NCBI GenBank assembly: GCA_030265395.1
Contig: JARFYF010000071.1
Span: 3,742,686 to 3,806,685, forward strand
Source of the DNA: Rhina ancylostomus
Lineage: Eukaryota
Length of the DNA: 64,000 bases
Direction: 5' to 3'
Part shown: piece by piece, positions 1 to 11,869 of the stretch
How positions within the stretch are numbered: the stretch's first letter is position 1
How the letters are laid out: the number at the start of each line of letters is the position of its first letter
The notes under the pieces: generated by a model
Told to the model about the DNA's origin: nothing
Databases searched by the model: none
The model's input: the letters and a program-made list of their open reading frames with translations, nothing else
Translations under genes and position numbers: made by a program

Positions 1-86
1 TTAGTTTAGATCTTGGTCTCAAAAGGTACTTGATAGCTGGCATGGACACGATGGGCGGAGAGGTCTTTTCCATACTGTATGACTAT
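1..86 (+). mobile_element. CR1-type LINE 3' tail (truncated by window edge)
   Basis: GGCATGGACACGATGGGC...CCATACTGTATGACTAT matches the hairpin plus short-repeat tail seen on other CR1 copies here (19080-19145, 26455-26508, 33435-33485). Confidence 0.65.
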
Positions 87-299
87 CACGCTATCCACTT
101 CTGATGGAATGTTCACATGCTCCAGGCAGTACAGTGAAGAGTCATAATACAGGGTCCAAGTCATCAGGAAGCATTGGGGAAACTCTGGCTTCTTATCTGA
201 AAAGTATGTGAACTCTGGGGACCAACACTAAATCATTATAGCACTGCCAATTTATTTTTCCATGATTAAAGGGGTATGGATCTAATATTAGCTTTGGGA

Positions 300-1250
300 C
301 AGGAAACAGGGACCCATGGCAAATGTTTGCTTTTCTGGAAGAGTAAAGTTTGCTGTAGTGACCCCAAGGATCAGTTTTAAGAATTGCTTTTAGTAATGGG
401 TATACAGTACATAATTTCAACACTTTCAGATGATGCAAAGTTTGAAAGTATAGAGTAAGCAGTGGTGAAAAGGGTGGATACCCAGATGAGATTTGACGCA
501 GGGTAGGGCAGAGATTTAATTTGTTAGGAGAAATGGAAAAAACCATATAATTATAAAGGAAACATAAAAAGTGGGAGTAGAGGCCTTGCTGTAATTGCAC
601 AGAAACATTTGAAGGTGGTGGTACAAATTGAGAAACCAATTTAAAAAAGCAAATGGGATTCTGGGCTTTATAAGTAGAAGCATGCAAAGTGCACAAGCAA
701 GTAGATAATTTCATAATTCTTTATTAGAACTTCTTTTCAATATAACCTGTGCTGTAGCTCAACTAGAATTTTGTGTCCAATTCTGGACACCATCTCTTTG
801 GAAAGACTTGAAGCCCCTAGAGACAATGTAGAAAAGATTTAGTACAATAATCATGGAAACGAACAGCAACAGTTAGGTATACTGGAAAAGCTGAGACTGT
901 TCTCCTTTGATTAGGCTGAGAGGCAATTTGATGGAAGTGTTCAAAATGATCAAGAGTACAAACAGAGTGAATGAAGAAAAACTTTTTGTACGGATGGGAA
1001 GCATTGAGAACTGGAGGACACAAGAACCTACAGTAACATTAGAAAAAACATTTTTGCTTATCAACTAATTATGGAAGCAGATCCAGTCTCATTTATAAAA
1101 GGAAATTGGATAAATATTTCATGGAGAAAAAAAAGTTGCAATGCTGTTTAAAATACCTGGGAATGGGACTGAATGGACCATAGTTTCAGAGAGCTAGAAT
1201 GATCTTGATGGGGTGAATGTTCTCCTGTGCTGCAGTGGCTCTGTGATTCT
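300..1250 (+). mobile_element. Old CR1-clade LINE, ORF2 C-terminus and 3' UTR
   Basis: About 760-850 reads QLEFCVQFWTP...KDLKPLETM*KRF, the CR1 'LEYCVQFWxP..KD...LE.VQRRFTRM' motif; ends in a GAATG..CTCCTGTGCTG..CTGTGATTCTA tail. Confidence 0.75.
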
Positions 1251-2221
1251 AAGGTAGTCAGATTGGAATAGTACTTTAAATTGCAAGAAATAGAATAAAG
1301 AAAGACAGGATCAAACTAGGTATAATTTTGGACCAATAACGAACAAACAATGATCAAATATGTAACGTACTAGCAGTTCATCAAACAAACACTGCAGGAA
1401 AAGCCCATACTATCCAAACACTGAGTGGAGAGCACCCATTAGACATACAGACATTGAATAATCTCTCTTCAATTATGAACTACATGTTTAATCTATTGAA
1501 AACACTATAAAGCCAATGAGGATATTCAGACTTTAGAGAGGGTGTTTGGCAGCTTCACTGGTACTGACTAGAATTACAAAATAACAAATAATGAAGTCTT
1601 GAAGAATTGGATCTTTTACATTAGAACACTGCATATCATGAGTTGATGGTATGCGGTACTGATAATTATAAAAAAGATTGTTCAATACTCTGTTCAATTC
1701 AGGCAGTGCATAAGCTGATGTGACATTATAGCACGTCTAGCTTCACAGATCAGGGATGAATTTATTATCATGATTCACCACTACCTGAGAACTCAAGAAC
1801 ATATGGTCATAAGTGCAACGCTAAAACAAGAATCTATTTTAGTCAGGATTATTAGAATACAGGAATTCATTTCCAGGGTTAATGGTTGAAGAACAAACCA
1901 TGTCAGCATTTAAATTAGGTTGGATAGACTGACAAAGAAAAGGCAGTTGAAAGAACTGTGATAGATTGTCCAGGTTGTTTCCATGTTGCAACTTCTGTAT
2001 ATGGACTTCTAAGCAAATTAAAGTGTGCAGATTGTATTGGGAAAAGTCTGCTTACACTAGTTGTTCTTGGATTGTTGAAAAAAAAGTTCAATGCAGTCTC
2101 TGAAATGTTAGTATTTTACATATTCTAATTTTCTTACTTGGCATATTTTTTGGATGCACCATTCAATTTTTACCTCCTGATAAACCAGGTACATTCAAAC
2201 ATAAAATTAATAATGAATGTG

Positions 2222-2262
2222 TTTTCCATTTGGAAATAATAGCCTTTTCCATTTGGAAATAA
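2222..2262 (+). repeat. Short direct duplication (TTTTCCATTTGGAAATAAT x2)
   Basis: Two identical 19-bp copies, 2222-2240 and 2244-2262, separated by 3 bp; each contains the mini-palindrome TTCCA-T-TTGGAA. Confidence 0.8.
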
Positions 2263-3159
2263 TGTGTGCAGATAGTTTTGTGAAGATGGAATGTGTTGAA
2301 AGTGGAGAATTCTGTGTGTAGTTTGTGAGCACTATAATTTTTTTAAAACCTAAAACTAATTTCAAGGAAGATGCTGTTTCTGTAATTGCAAGATTGGAGA
2401 ATGGCTTCAGTTTGGGTGGTCTGAGAAAACAGCAGAAATAATTAACACTATAATTTATTCAGGAAATCACCAACAAATAATAACATTTGGCATATATCAT
2501 AAGTCAGCTACTTTTGTTTGTGAGTTTCTGCATATTGTTCCAGGAAACATGATTTATCAGTGATCATGTCTTTTGGCCTAAGCAGTGGGCAAGGAGGTAA
2601 GTTTGGCACTGGGCAGTTTACGCTGTCATGAAGTAATGGGCAAGTGTTTCCAGTCGATCATATTGGAGACTCAAAAGCCATTTAGAACCAATTATTCCAG
2701 TGCTGTGTATTACAGTTCAAGGCTTGGTACCTTAAAATTGCTTGTATCTTTTGGAGTCATTAATATTAATTTTATTGATTCCATTGAAGGTGTATCTGGA
2801 TCTATACATTTCTCTGTCATTTTGCAGGAGAGAGAAGACAGCAAGCAGAGATAGAAAGTTGTTGAGAGATGGTCAAAACCTGGTAGTACAGATTTAGAGG
2901 AAAGTTTGAAGAACAGGCAAAGAAATATTAATAAAATGGGGTTTTGTGTGGTTATTTCAGAGGATATAATCAAAACATCAGAGGATTCTGGCATCAGTGT
3001 AAGGCAGAGAGAAGAATGTAATATTCAAAAAATAAAGGTTGCAGGTTGGCATGTAGAGCTGGAGAAAATTGCTGATCCAAGATTTGGGGAGATCATGAAG
3101 TGATATGTAAATTGGCACATTGTTGGAGGTCAGTGATAACGGAGAGCAGGCATTTATAT

Positions 3160-5055
3160 TTTCTTTCTTTCTTCACTTTTCTGGATGTGGGAATCACTAG
3201 CAAAGCCAGAATATATTTCCTATTGCTAATTGCCCTTGGGGGGATGTTGGTGAACCACTTCTTCAATTGATAGGTAGGCTTTCAACAATGAAGGAAAGGC
3301 AATAAATTTCCAAATCAGCATGCTGTGCAACTTGGAGAAGCTGCAAGTGGTGGTGTTCTCTTACACCTGAAATCCTTGTTCTTCATGGTCGAAGAGGTTA
3401 CAGGCTTGGGAGGTACTCTCAGACTAGCCAAGTAAGTAATTGCTCTGCATTTTGTGGACAGTATACATTGCATCACTATACACTTGTAGTGGAAGGAATG
3501 AAGGTTTAAGGTGGTGGATAAAGAACCAGTCAAGCTTTGTCCAAGATGGTGTTAACCATCTTGAGTGTTGGATCTGCATTCTTCCAGGCAAATGTAGAGT
3601 ATTCCATCACATTCCCAACATGCCTACATGGTGTCAGAAGATGAGTCACTCGATGCAGGGATACCTGGCCTTTGACTTGTTCATAGAGCCATGGTATTTA
3701 TGTGGCTGGTTCAGTTGGGTTTTTGGTCAATGGTGACTGCCCAGGGATATTAATGGTGGGCAACTCAACTTGCATGTCAAGGGTAGGTGATTAGACACTC
3801 TGATTGGAGATGGTCATTGTCGAGTACTTTAGTGGCATGCATGTTCCTTATCACTTATCAGCCCAATATTGAATGTTGTTGAGGTCTTGCTGCAAGTTGT
3901 CATGAGCTTTTTCATTTTCTGAAGAGTTGCAAATGAAATTGAATTTTGTGAAATCATCAGTAAACATCTCCATTTCTGACCTTGTAGTGGAAGGAAGGTC
4001 ATTGACAAAGTAGCTGGATGTAATTTATCCTGATGACCTCCTGAACATTGTGGGCTGGGCTTATTGATCTCCAACAAATGCAACCATTTTCCTTTATGTA
4101 AAGCATGACAAACCAATGGTATCTTTTTGCCTCGATGCCTATTGATTTCAGTTTTACCAGGGATCCTTGATGTCATAATAAATGAAAATCAGAAAGCTGC
4201 AGATACTGCAAATCTGAAATCAGAAAGTTCCAGGAACACTCAACAGGTTAAGCAGCATCTGTGGAAAAGAAACGAGGTTAATGTTTCAGGTCTAAATTTT
4301 GACAGAGTTTTCAACCTAAAATGTTATCTCTGTTTCTCTGTCCACAGATGCTGCATTACTTGCTGAGTGTTTCCATATTTTCTGTTTTTACTCTTTGATG
4401 ACACGCTCTGTTAAGGATGGTCACTCTCACCTCACATCTGGACTTTAGCTCTGTAGTCCATGTTTGGGCTAAGGCTATGATGTGTTGGCTAAGTGATCCT
4501 TACTAGCACTGTTGACAACAGCTTCCATTACATTTGATTGACAATAGACTGATTGGGTGATAATTAGCCAGATTGAATTTGCCTGTTTTTTTACTATTAT
4601 GATATACCTGAGCATATTTTCCACATTTTCAGGGAGGAGCTAATGTTGTAAGTGTATTGGAAGAATGACTGGAATGCAGTCTAGTTCTGGAATGCAGATC
4701 TTCAGTTTTACAATGGGATGTTGCCTGGCTCCATAACCTTTGGTGTATCCAGTGTTCTCAGTAAATTTCTTTATCACATGGGGTGAAATGAATTGGCCGA
4801 GGACCAGCTTCTGTAATGGTTGGGATTTCAGGAGGAAGTCAAAGTGGATCACCCACTCAGCATTTTAGCTGAACATGGTGGTGAATGCTTGAGCCATGAC
4901 GTTAATACTCATATCCTGGGCCCTGACATAGCCAAGGATGGGATGTTCCTTGATCTGTCTTTCTCCATAAGTTATTTAGTTGTCCTCCACTATTTATGAC
5001 TGGATGTAGCATAATTGCAGATCTTTTATCTAATCCAATCACTTAGCTCTATTTG
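3160..5055 (-). mobile_element. Degraded LINE (CR1/L2 group) of the chondrichthyan family ending in GGGCAATTAG..ATGGGCAATAAATGCTGGC
   Basis: Reverse-complement tail at about 3183-3240; body is colinear with the copy at 39400-40550; interrupted by a Penelope hairpin at about 4180-4390. Confidence 0.7.
4180..4390. mobile_element. Penelope-derived inverted-repeat (hairpin) element
   Basis: Left arm GGAACACTCAACAGGTTAAGCAGCATCTGTGGAAAAGAAAC is mirrored by GTTTCTCTGTCCACAGATGCTGCATTACTTGCTGAGTGTTTCC; same terminal sequence as the Penelope at 61030. Confidence 0.7.
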
Positions 5056-6106
5056 CTATTTTGGTACTATGGTACACGATATGGAGGGTAGAGTTTTGGA
5101 CCAGTAAGAATTGTTGTAGAATAGAATTTGGGAGACGCAACACCCAAATAAGTAGCACAAAACAGCTTCTAAACCTACAGTAAGATTGATTGGAAGTGCT
5201 TTTACTAAACTGACTTTTGCCAAGTAACCTGCATGAGTGTCCATGCCTGGAAAAGGCATAGAAGTTTACATAATCAAGGATAAAGGAGTTTTGAGAGAGA
5301 AAATGAAATGGACATGGTAATGAACAGGTTGTGAAATTTGATGCTAAATTCAGGTTCAGAGAGTTTTAGACTGATACCATGTGAACCACCAGGAGAATTA
5401 TTTTACACTGTATGAAATCACTTAAAGCCATTCTAATAACTAGGCTACAAGTTCAGTTCAAATTTAGTGCAAATCAACCTAGATACAAGCAAAAGCTTTA
5501 AATNNNNNNNNNNNNNNNNNNNNNNNNNNNNNNNNNNNNNNNNNNNNNNTGTTGGGATTATCAAATTTGCCATTCCTCATGTCTAAGCTGTACATCGAGT
5601 GCAGTTGGATTATTTTGTCATGAAAGATGAGGGACAGTGCAACTCCTTTTTATCTTACCTTTCACCATGAGTACAGACACACTTCTTAGGGAGGGATATA
5701 GTGATGACTGTTGCAGATCTTCCTCTCTTCAGCACAGACTCTATTAAATCATTCATGGCATTCAAATTGCTGCCTAACTGGGATTAGTTAACAGTGTCAC
5801 ACAGAATTAAATAAGGGATCTATTAATTATGCTTACCATTTATTCACTGAGATCTTCTGAGAGCTCTCCTTGGTTTCATTGCATACCTCAGATACCCCTT
5901 CCACCTACAGTCAAAACTTTAGAAATTATTGTCTTTACTTAAGGTGGCGTTCGCAAAATTTTCTGTGTAAAATAGCAAACACCTCAAAAACTTGCCTTAT
6001 TAAAAAGTAAAAAGATACTTTTCAGCACTTGTCTTCATGGGCTACCACTCAGCTCAGTATATAGTTAAATGGATAATGGAGTTTTCCCAATTGGTCACCC
6101 AAAAGA

Positions 6107-6267
6107 AATAAAGCTGCAGATGGAATCTGAAACAAAAATAGAAATGTTGAAGGAATTCAGCCAGTCAAGCAGCATTTGTGGAAAACCAGTTTACATTCTG
6201 ATACGTGAACTGGTTTCTCTCTCCACAGATGCTGTTTGACTGGCTTATCTTTTCCAGCATTTATGTT
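6107..6267. mobile_element. Penelope-derived hairpin element with 16-bp TSD
   Basis: Perfect flanking direct repeat TTGGTCACCCAAAAGA at 6091-6106 and 6268-6283; internal arms GCAGCATTTGTGGA...AACCAGTT and AACTGGTTT...TCCACAGATGCTG. Confidence 0.8.
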
Positions 6268-7784
6268 TTGGTCACCCAAAAGACTTTACTGCAGTTTGAG
6301 AAAAATTAATTGTATTGTTTCTATCAGCCTTTAGGCCAAGATACAATTCGAGCTGAGCATGGCTATTGATGCTTAGTCCAATTTTTCTCTATCTGTTTGA
6401 TGGTTCAACCAAGGTTGAAAGATGTCTGCCACCAATGGAAAATTATGGGAATCTGTTTCCTGGCCACTTTATTGTGCATTGATTGTAAGTGCAATAATTG
6501 ACTGTGCCTCAAGTTACATCCTTGCATCTGAAGAATTAACAAATTATACAGAAAATCATTTATGCACCACAGAGATAGCTGAGTAACATTGAATATTCTT
6601 TTTACTTTTTACTTTTAAATATAGAGGGACCTTCAATTTAACCTGCAGTCCATATCATTCATGGTACAGTCATTACAGCTGGACCGTATTTCAAATGCAT
6701 TCAAAGGAAATAATTCCAAATGGTTAAAAATCAATGTAAAGCAATGGTGAACAGATATTGATTGGGCTGTATACCAACTTTCAGCTAAAGAACTAGAATG
6801 TAATGATTGATACACATCATGCTCCTTGGGGAATTTCTAACAATGTCTGGTGAAGTAAACATTAAATGAATTGAGCTCCAACAAGCGAACCATTACATTT
6901 GCTGATGTTTGTATGATTACAATTAACAAGGCAACTGTGTTAATTAAGAAGGCAGAATACATTATGATTGGTGTGGGATTTGATATTTGTGCTTAGAGAG
7001 AGTGCAGGGTCAGATAAGTGGAGGCTGCCAACTCAAGCAGTGAGCAGATTACAGCAGCACTGAAAATTAAGCTAAGCTGTGCTCTGGCTCCAAAATGCTT
7101 CCAGTGAAGGTCTTACCTAAAGTCATGATATCTTCATGCTGGTGGGACTATGGCAGATCACGTTTCAACCAATAGGCTTATTTTGGGATCCAGAATCAAA
7201 GGTCCAGAATTATTGAGATTGGAACCCTGGTAAATATTACTCTTGATGCGATTTTGAACTTGCTTCAGTTTTCACTAAGTTGAGGTCGGTGAACTGGGTG
7301 CTTTTATTTAACATTCAGCAAAATGTACAATTTAGAAGCAAAACTCTGCAAATTATCTCTATGTTTTGTTTGATTGGATTGTTCTTCAACAATTGGCAAA
7401 GTAGCATTTTTCATCTGCTTGCTAAAGATTCCTGATTCAAGCATAAAATGTGTTGGTCTATGTGTTGTAAATCTTATCATTTACTTCCAAAGGAGATTGT
7501 GAAATAAATACAGAATGACAAGTGGCTGTGTCCCATGAGTGACTCAAAGTCTCAAAAAGGCTACTTATTGTGGCACATGTCTGCATTATTTACAACTGTG
7601 CAATGTAAGCAAACATGAATCTTGATGCAACAAATGAACCATTATATTTGCTGATTGCGGGATTTCAGTTACAAAGTAGCTGTAGTTTGCAGAAGGTGTG
7701 GTGTGTAAAATAGCATGCAATAATCCTATGAACAAGACCAAGCCTCACTTCCTTATTATGAGGAGCAGGCAAAAGCCAACTTTA

Positions 7785-7996
7785 TTTTTACAGCACGATA
7801 ACAGGCCCTTCCGGCCCAATTACACCCATGATATCCTACTAACCCGTACATCTTTGGAATGTGGGAGGAAACCGGAGCACCCAGAGGAAACCCATGCAGT
7901 CACAGAGAGAAAGTACAAACTCCTTACAGACAACAGCGGGAATTGAACCCCAATCACTGGCACTGTAATAGCGCTACGCTACTGTGCCGCCCTAGT
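7785..7996 (-). mobile_element. tRNA-derived V-SINE (HE1-like)
   Basis: Reverse complement has A box (GGCACAGTAGCGTAGCG), B box (GGGTTCAATTCCC), V domain GTGACTGCATGGGTTTCCTCTGGGTGCTCCGGTTTCCTCCCACATTCCAAAGA and a CR1-like tail. Confidence 0.88.
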
Positions 7997-8499
7997 AGGG
8001 GACTGCTTAACAGAATGAAGTACTGTAGTCTTGAAGACCTTTCATTAATCTCAAAATGGGTTGGTAGAGGGATCAGAGGGACGAGGACCTTTGAAACTCA
8101 TAGGTTGTGAAAATGGATGAAGGCTACAGCAAATTGGAGATCTCTAAGCAACTCAAGAGTTTCACAGTACTAGGTTTGTTAGGACCTATTGGCCACTACG
8201 CACCCAACTTCCTACAGTACAAAATACCACAGGCAGGTTTCGACAATGCTGAGATGACTCACAAGCCCAATCCTGAAACTACGAAACTGCCCGTGGAAAG
8301 AAGGTCTTCCTTTTCCTTCTTTCTCTTTCCCTCAAGAAAACAGGTGTAGGTATCATGACTGAGAGGAGGAAGCCGATCATGACAAGATAATTCTTGAATC
8401 CATGTACCTTCATTATTTCATTGATATTACATCTTTTATCTCTGATCAGTTGGGAGATCTGCAGCATTTACCATGTGAACTGACCTCTCTGCTGTCCCA

Positions 8500-8830
8500 T
8501 TTGATGTAAAAATTCTCATTCCCAAATGTAAATCCTTCCATAGCTTCAACTCACCCTATGTCTGTAATGCCCTCCAGCACTTGAGATTTCTATGCTTCTC
8601 TAAGTCTGGCTTTGCATTCATCCCAGATTTTAATCATAGTATCACTGTCAGTGTGTCATTGGTTGCCAAGGCCCAAAGCTCTGGAATTCCCTCGTCAGAC
8701 CTCTCCAACTTCCTCAACACCCTCAAATACAATTCTGTGACTAACTTACTCTTAACACTCCTTGTGCAGCATGCTGTTTTTCTTTACCAACAATTCTGTG
8801 AATGGCCTATTGCATGTCACTGCATTAAAG
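8500..8830 (+). mobile_element. Old L2-type LINE 3' fragment
   Basis: AAATCCTTCCATAGCTT...CCCTATGTCTGTAAT...AAGCTCTGGAATTCCCTC resembles the L2 ORF2 end (LWNSLP). Confidence 0.5.
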
Positions 8831-9814
8831 GTTCATGCTGTCAGAATGAAGTATGGTGGTTACAGCCCGAGACAGTGATACAAGCAGGAAAAATGTGAGC
8901 TAATGAATTAAAAGCATCTTGTAAGTGTGTTGCAACAACATTGTACCGATACTGAATCAGGCACGTGACAACTATAATTTCAAATCCCTTTAGGCTGCTC
9001 AATTGTTCAAAATTGATTCCATACTGGTAATGGTTATGATTTTTATTTAAGCATAAATAATAATTAACAGCTCATAGTGATGTTAAACTGAGCTATGTAA
9101 CTTTGGGAAGACAGGCAAGAGTAAAGGACTTTATTAAAAAGATGGTTGTTTACTAAGACAGCTTCATAAAAAGAAACTGGTCATCCCACATGATCTGACA
9201 CACCTGCAGAACCTAGATCATAAAATAAACTCTTGATTTCAAAATTGGGTTAGTCTACAAGGAATAATTGAGAATTAAATCACTATATAGACCCTTAGGT
9301 AGAATTTGGGGCTTTTTTAATGCAATTGACTAGCACATAGGATGTACACCAATATGATACCTTCCTTAGCCCTTCCTTGGAGAAATCTATCCTGTTATGT
9401 CACAGCTCTGAATCTCTTTCACCTGCTTTTAATTTTAGCACAAGCTTTTGCAATTAATGACAAGACTTGAATTCAATAAGTTCTAAGAGTAAAGTAAATC
9501 TAGATTTAACATTATTAATTTTCTTTTAAAATTGGGGAAAATAAAATTATAAATGCTGTTGCTATCTGGGAAGGAAAACTTCTGAATTATAATAAGGGGA
9601 ATTGTAATAACAAATGATAAAAATTGCTTATCTCACAAACACAGAAAAAGTAAATGTGGTGCAAAAGCTTTCTTTTTCTTTTCGCAGAAACCATTAGCCC
9701 TTGCATTAACATTTGCAGAATCTAATCCATCTAAGTATCCTCATCAGCCTATATATTCTTACAGAATCCTAATTCTGTTCTGATAGTTAACTCTGCTTAA
9801 ATGACCATAACTAA

Positions 9815-9965
9815 ATCATTATCACATTGCTGTTTGTTGAAGCTTGTTACACAAATTAGTTGCATTTCCTGGATTATAAGTGACTGCACTTCTAAAATAC
9901 TCATTGGCTGTGAAACACTTTTGAACATCCTGATGTGCAAATATGGAAGATCTTACTTTTATGCT
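9815..9965 (+). mobile_element. Deu-type SINE (SacSINE1-like) 3' fragment
   Basis: ATCACATTGCTGTTTGTTGAAGCTTG...GTGACTGCACTTCTAAAATACTCATTGGCTGTGAAACACTTTTGAACATCCTGA; related segments at about 22245-22380 and 37965-38200. Confidence 0.6.
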
Positions 9966-10004
9966 TCTTATTAGAGTTCCCATTAGAGCTCTTCCACTGC
10001 CATT

Positions 10005-11120
10005 GAAATCCAGAATTCATTTTGTAGGATTAGTTGATATTTCAAATCATGTAGTAGTACCAAGTTGTTTTGATATCCTTAACAAATTGTCAGCTTTCTA
10101 AAATGTCTCTTTTTCTGTATTATCTGTTTTCCCAAAGCCACATACCTGTTTAAACTGTCAACAAGTTTTTCAATAGAGATAATATGTGAAATAATTGGTT
10201 ACTTTGTGTTCAATAATAATATGACCCATGTAAACCTGTAGGTCTCACAATGATAAGTTATGGGTTGCAACCTATCATATCCCTCACTGCATGTTGACAT
10301 TTGAACTAGTTTCTTTTGTACACAGTCATTCTCTAGAGGAGGCTGTGCAATTTTCTTCAGAGAATAGCAAGTCATTGGTAGATTGTCCTCTTAAATTTTA
10401 GTGAATATAAAAATAATGTCTTTTAGAGGGTAAAGAACTGATTTTCTCTACTGTCAATCAGTGCAGTTTGTGGTGGAAGGTGATCTTAAAAGGTAAAGTG
10501 AATGGCTGAAGAAAAAACACCATTCATGTTTGTTTCTCTCACTGTATGCCCAGTTGAGGGAATGTGGAAATGTGAAATCTTTGATTCCTGCTTTCCAATG
10601 CCTTCAGTTGTCTGATTTCTGACAGAAAAATAAAGGTATTCCTTTATCTGTATTTTTGCTGTGCAAATGAATAGACAACAGCTTAGTACCAATATAACTA
10701 TATAATGGTTTTAATGAATTGGTGAAGAAAAGAAGAAGAATTAGGCAAAGGGATTTGTTGTGCCCTCTTGAGCCAACTTAAATTTAGTGGAACAGGCTTG
10801 TGGCAGGCCTCAAGGAACTGTGTTATTTTGATAAAGAGAATTTAGGAGTAGCTTTTGTTATGGTGGATTTGTAGCAGTTTTTTAGAAAAACATTGTTCAA
10901 AACAGATGACAATTTATAGACACATCTAGACAGATCCATGTTTCTTATTTATCTGGCAGCTGAAGTATTATATGGCCTGAGAATTGCAGCATCTGACTAA
11001 AAATGAGTTGATTTTGCATTGGCTGGACAACAGCTAGCACAACAAGGGATTATATTTCTCATCTGGTTGACTAAGTTGGCAGTACACTGTTATCACCTTC
11101 ACTTGTTATTTTGTAAAGAA
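10005..11120 (+). pseudogene. Possible decayed ectodomain/TM1-3 region of a family-B (Methuselah/adhesion-like) GPCR
   Basis: Across frameshifts: QNSFCRIS (~10011), VSFSVLSVF (~10105), LCVQ**YDPCK/CRS (~10202-10245), LVDCPLKF/SEYK (~10375), AVC (~10463), then MFLIYLAAEVLY...IFLIWLTKLAVHCY (10938-11093). The motif order matches my recollection of Cys-rich family-B GPCRs. Confidence 0.3.
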
Positions 11121-11429
11121 AAAAAATGTGCCTATTAACAATTTGAAAGCATTTAGAAACAAAATATTTTCATTATTATCATTCCATCCTGATGAAGAAC
11201 ATTTTCTTTACAAAGCAGAAATGATTATTAAACATTTGGATTCCATAATATGATTTTAACTTGCCTTTATCTACACCATCAAGTTTTTTTAAATCATTTT
11301 CTTTGTTACCTAGATGGATATCTTCTTATTCTCTCAATGTATCTCACTTGCTGAAGTCAGAGGAATGGGCAGTGAAAAGGAATGTCACAATACTCCAGCA
11401 GTAAATGATCGCAATTTGTGATGACATTA

Positions 11430-11860
11430 AACTTATCAAAAACATTTTGTATTTACAGAGTATCTTTAACGTCGAAAATGCCTGAGGAAGCTTTACAAAT
11501 GATTAAAAGATGGGGATTTTGTAGGAGAAGGACATTTTAGGGATTGTTACTGAATACTCATGTCTGAGTGTGGCTTTAAGAAGGAAGACATTTGATGATA
11601 TTTAAATCTGAGGCACTAAGGTATTGCACATTGGAGGCCAGTGTAGGTTAAAGGGACTAAACTGATATGGTTACATGAGTGGAAATGGAGAGCAGAGTTG
11701 TCATTGAGCTGGGTTTAGGTAGAGTGAATAACACACTGGAGTTGGAGGAGATGCTGGTGGAAGAGCATTGAATGGAAGAGCAGGAAGTGATAAAGGCATA
11801 CATCAAGTGAGGATGTGACAGAGTTTTAGGAGGGTGATGCTGTTCAGGTAACCCCATGGT
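11430..11860 (-). mobile_element. Old L2-type LINE fragment (continues at about 13960-14350)
   Basis: Purine-rich plus strand typical of antisense L2 ORF2; L2-like tail at about 11440-11500. Confidence 0.45.
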
Positions 11861-11869
11861 TAATTATGG

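Noticed and set aside
193-714. 173-aa minus-strand ORF
   Set aside because: Mostly antisense to a decayed CR1; no recognisable domain.
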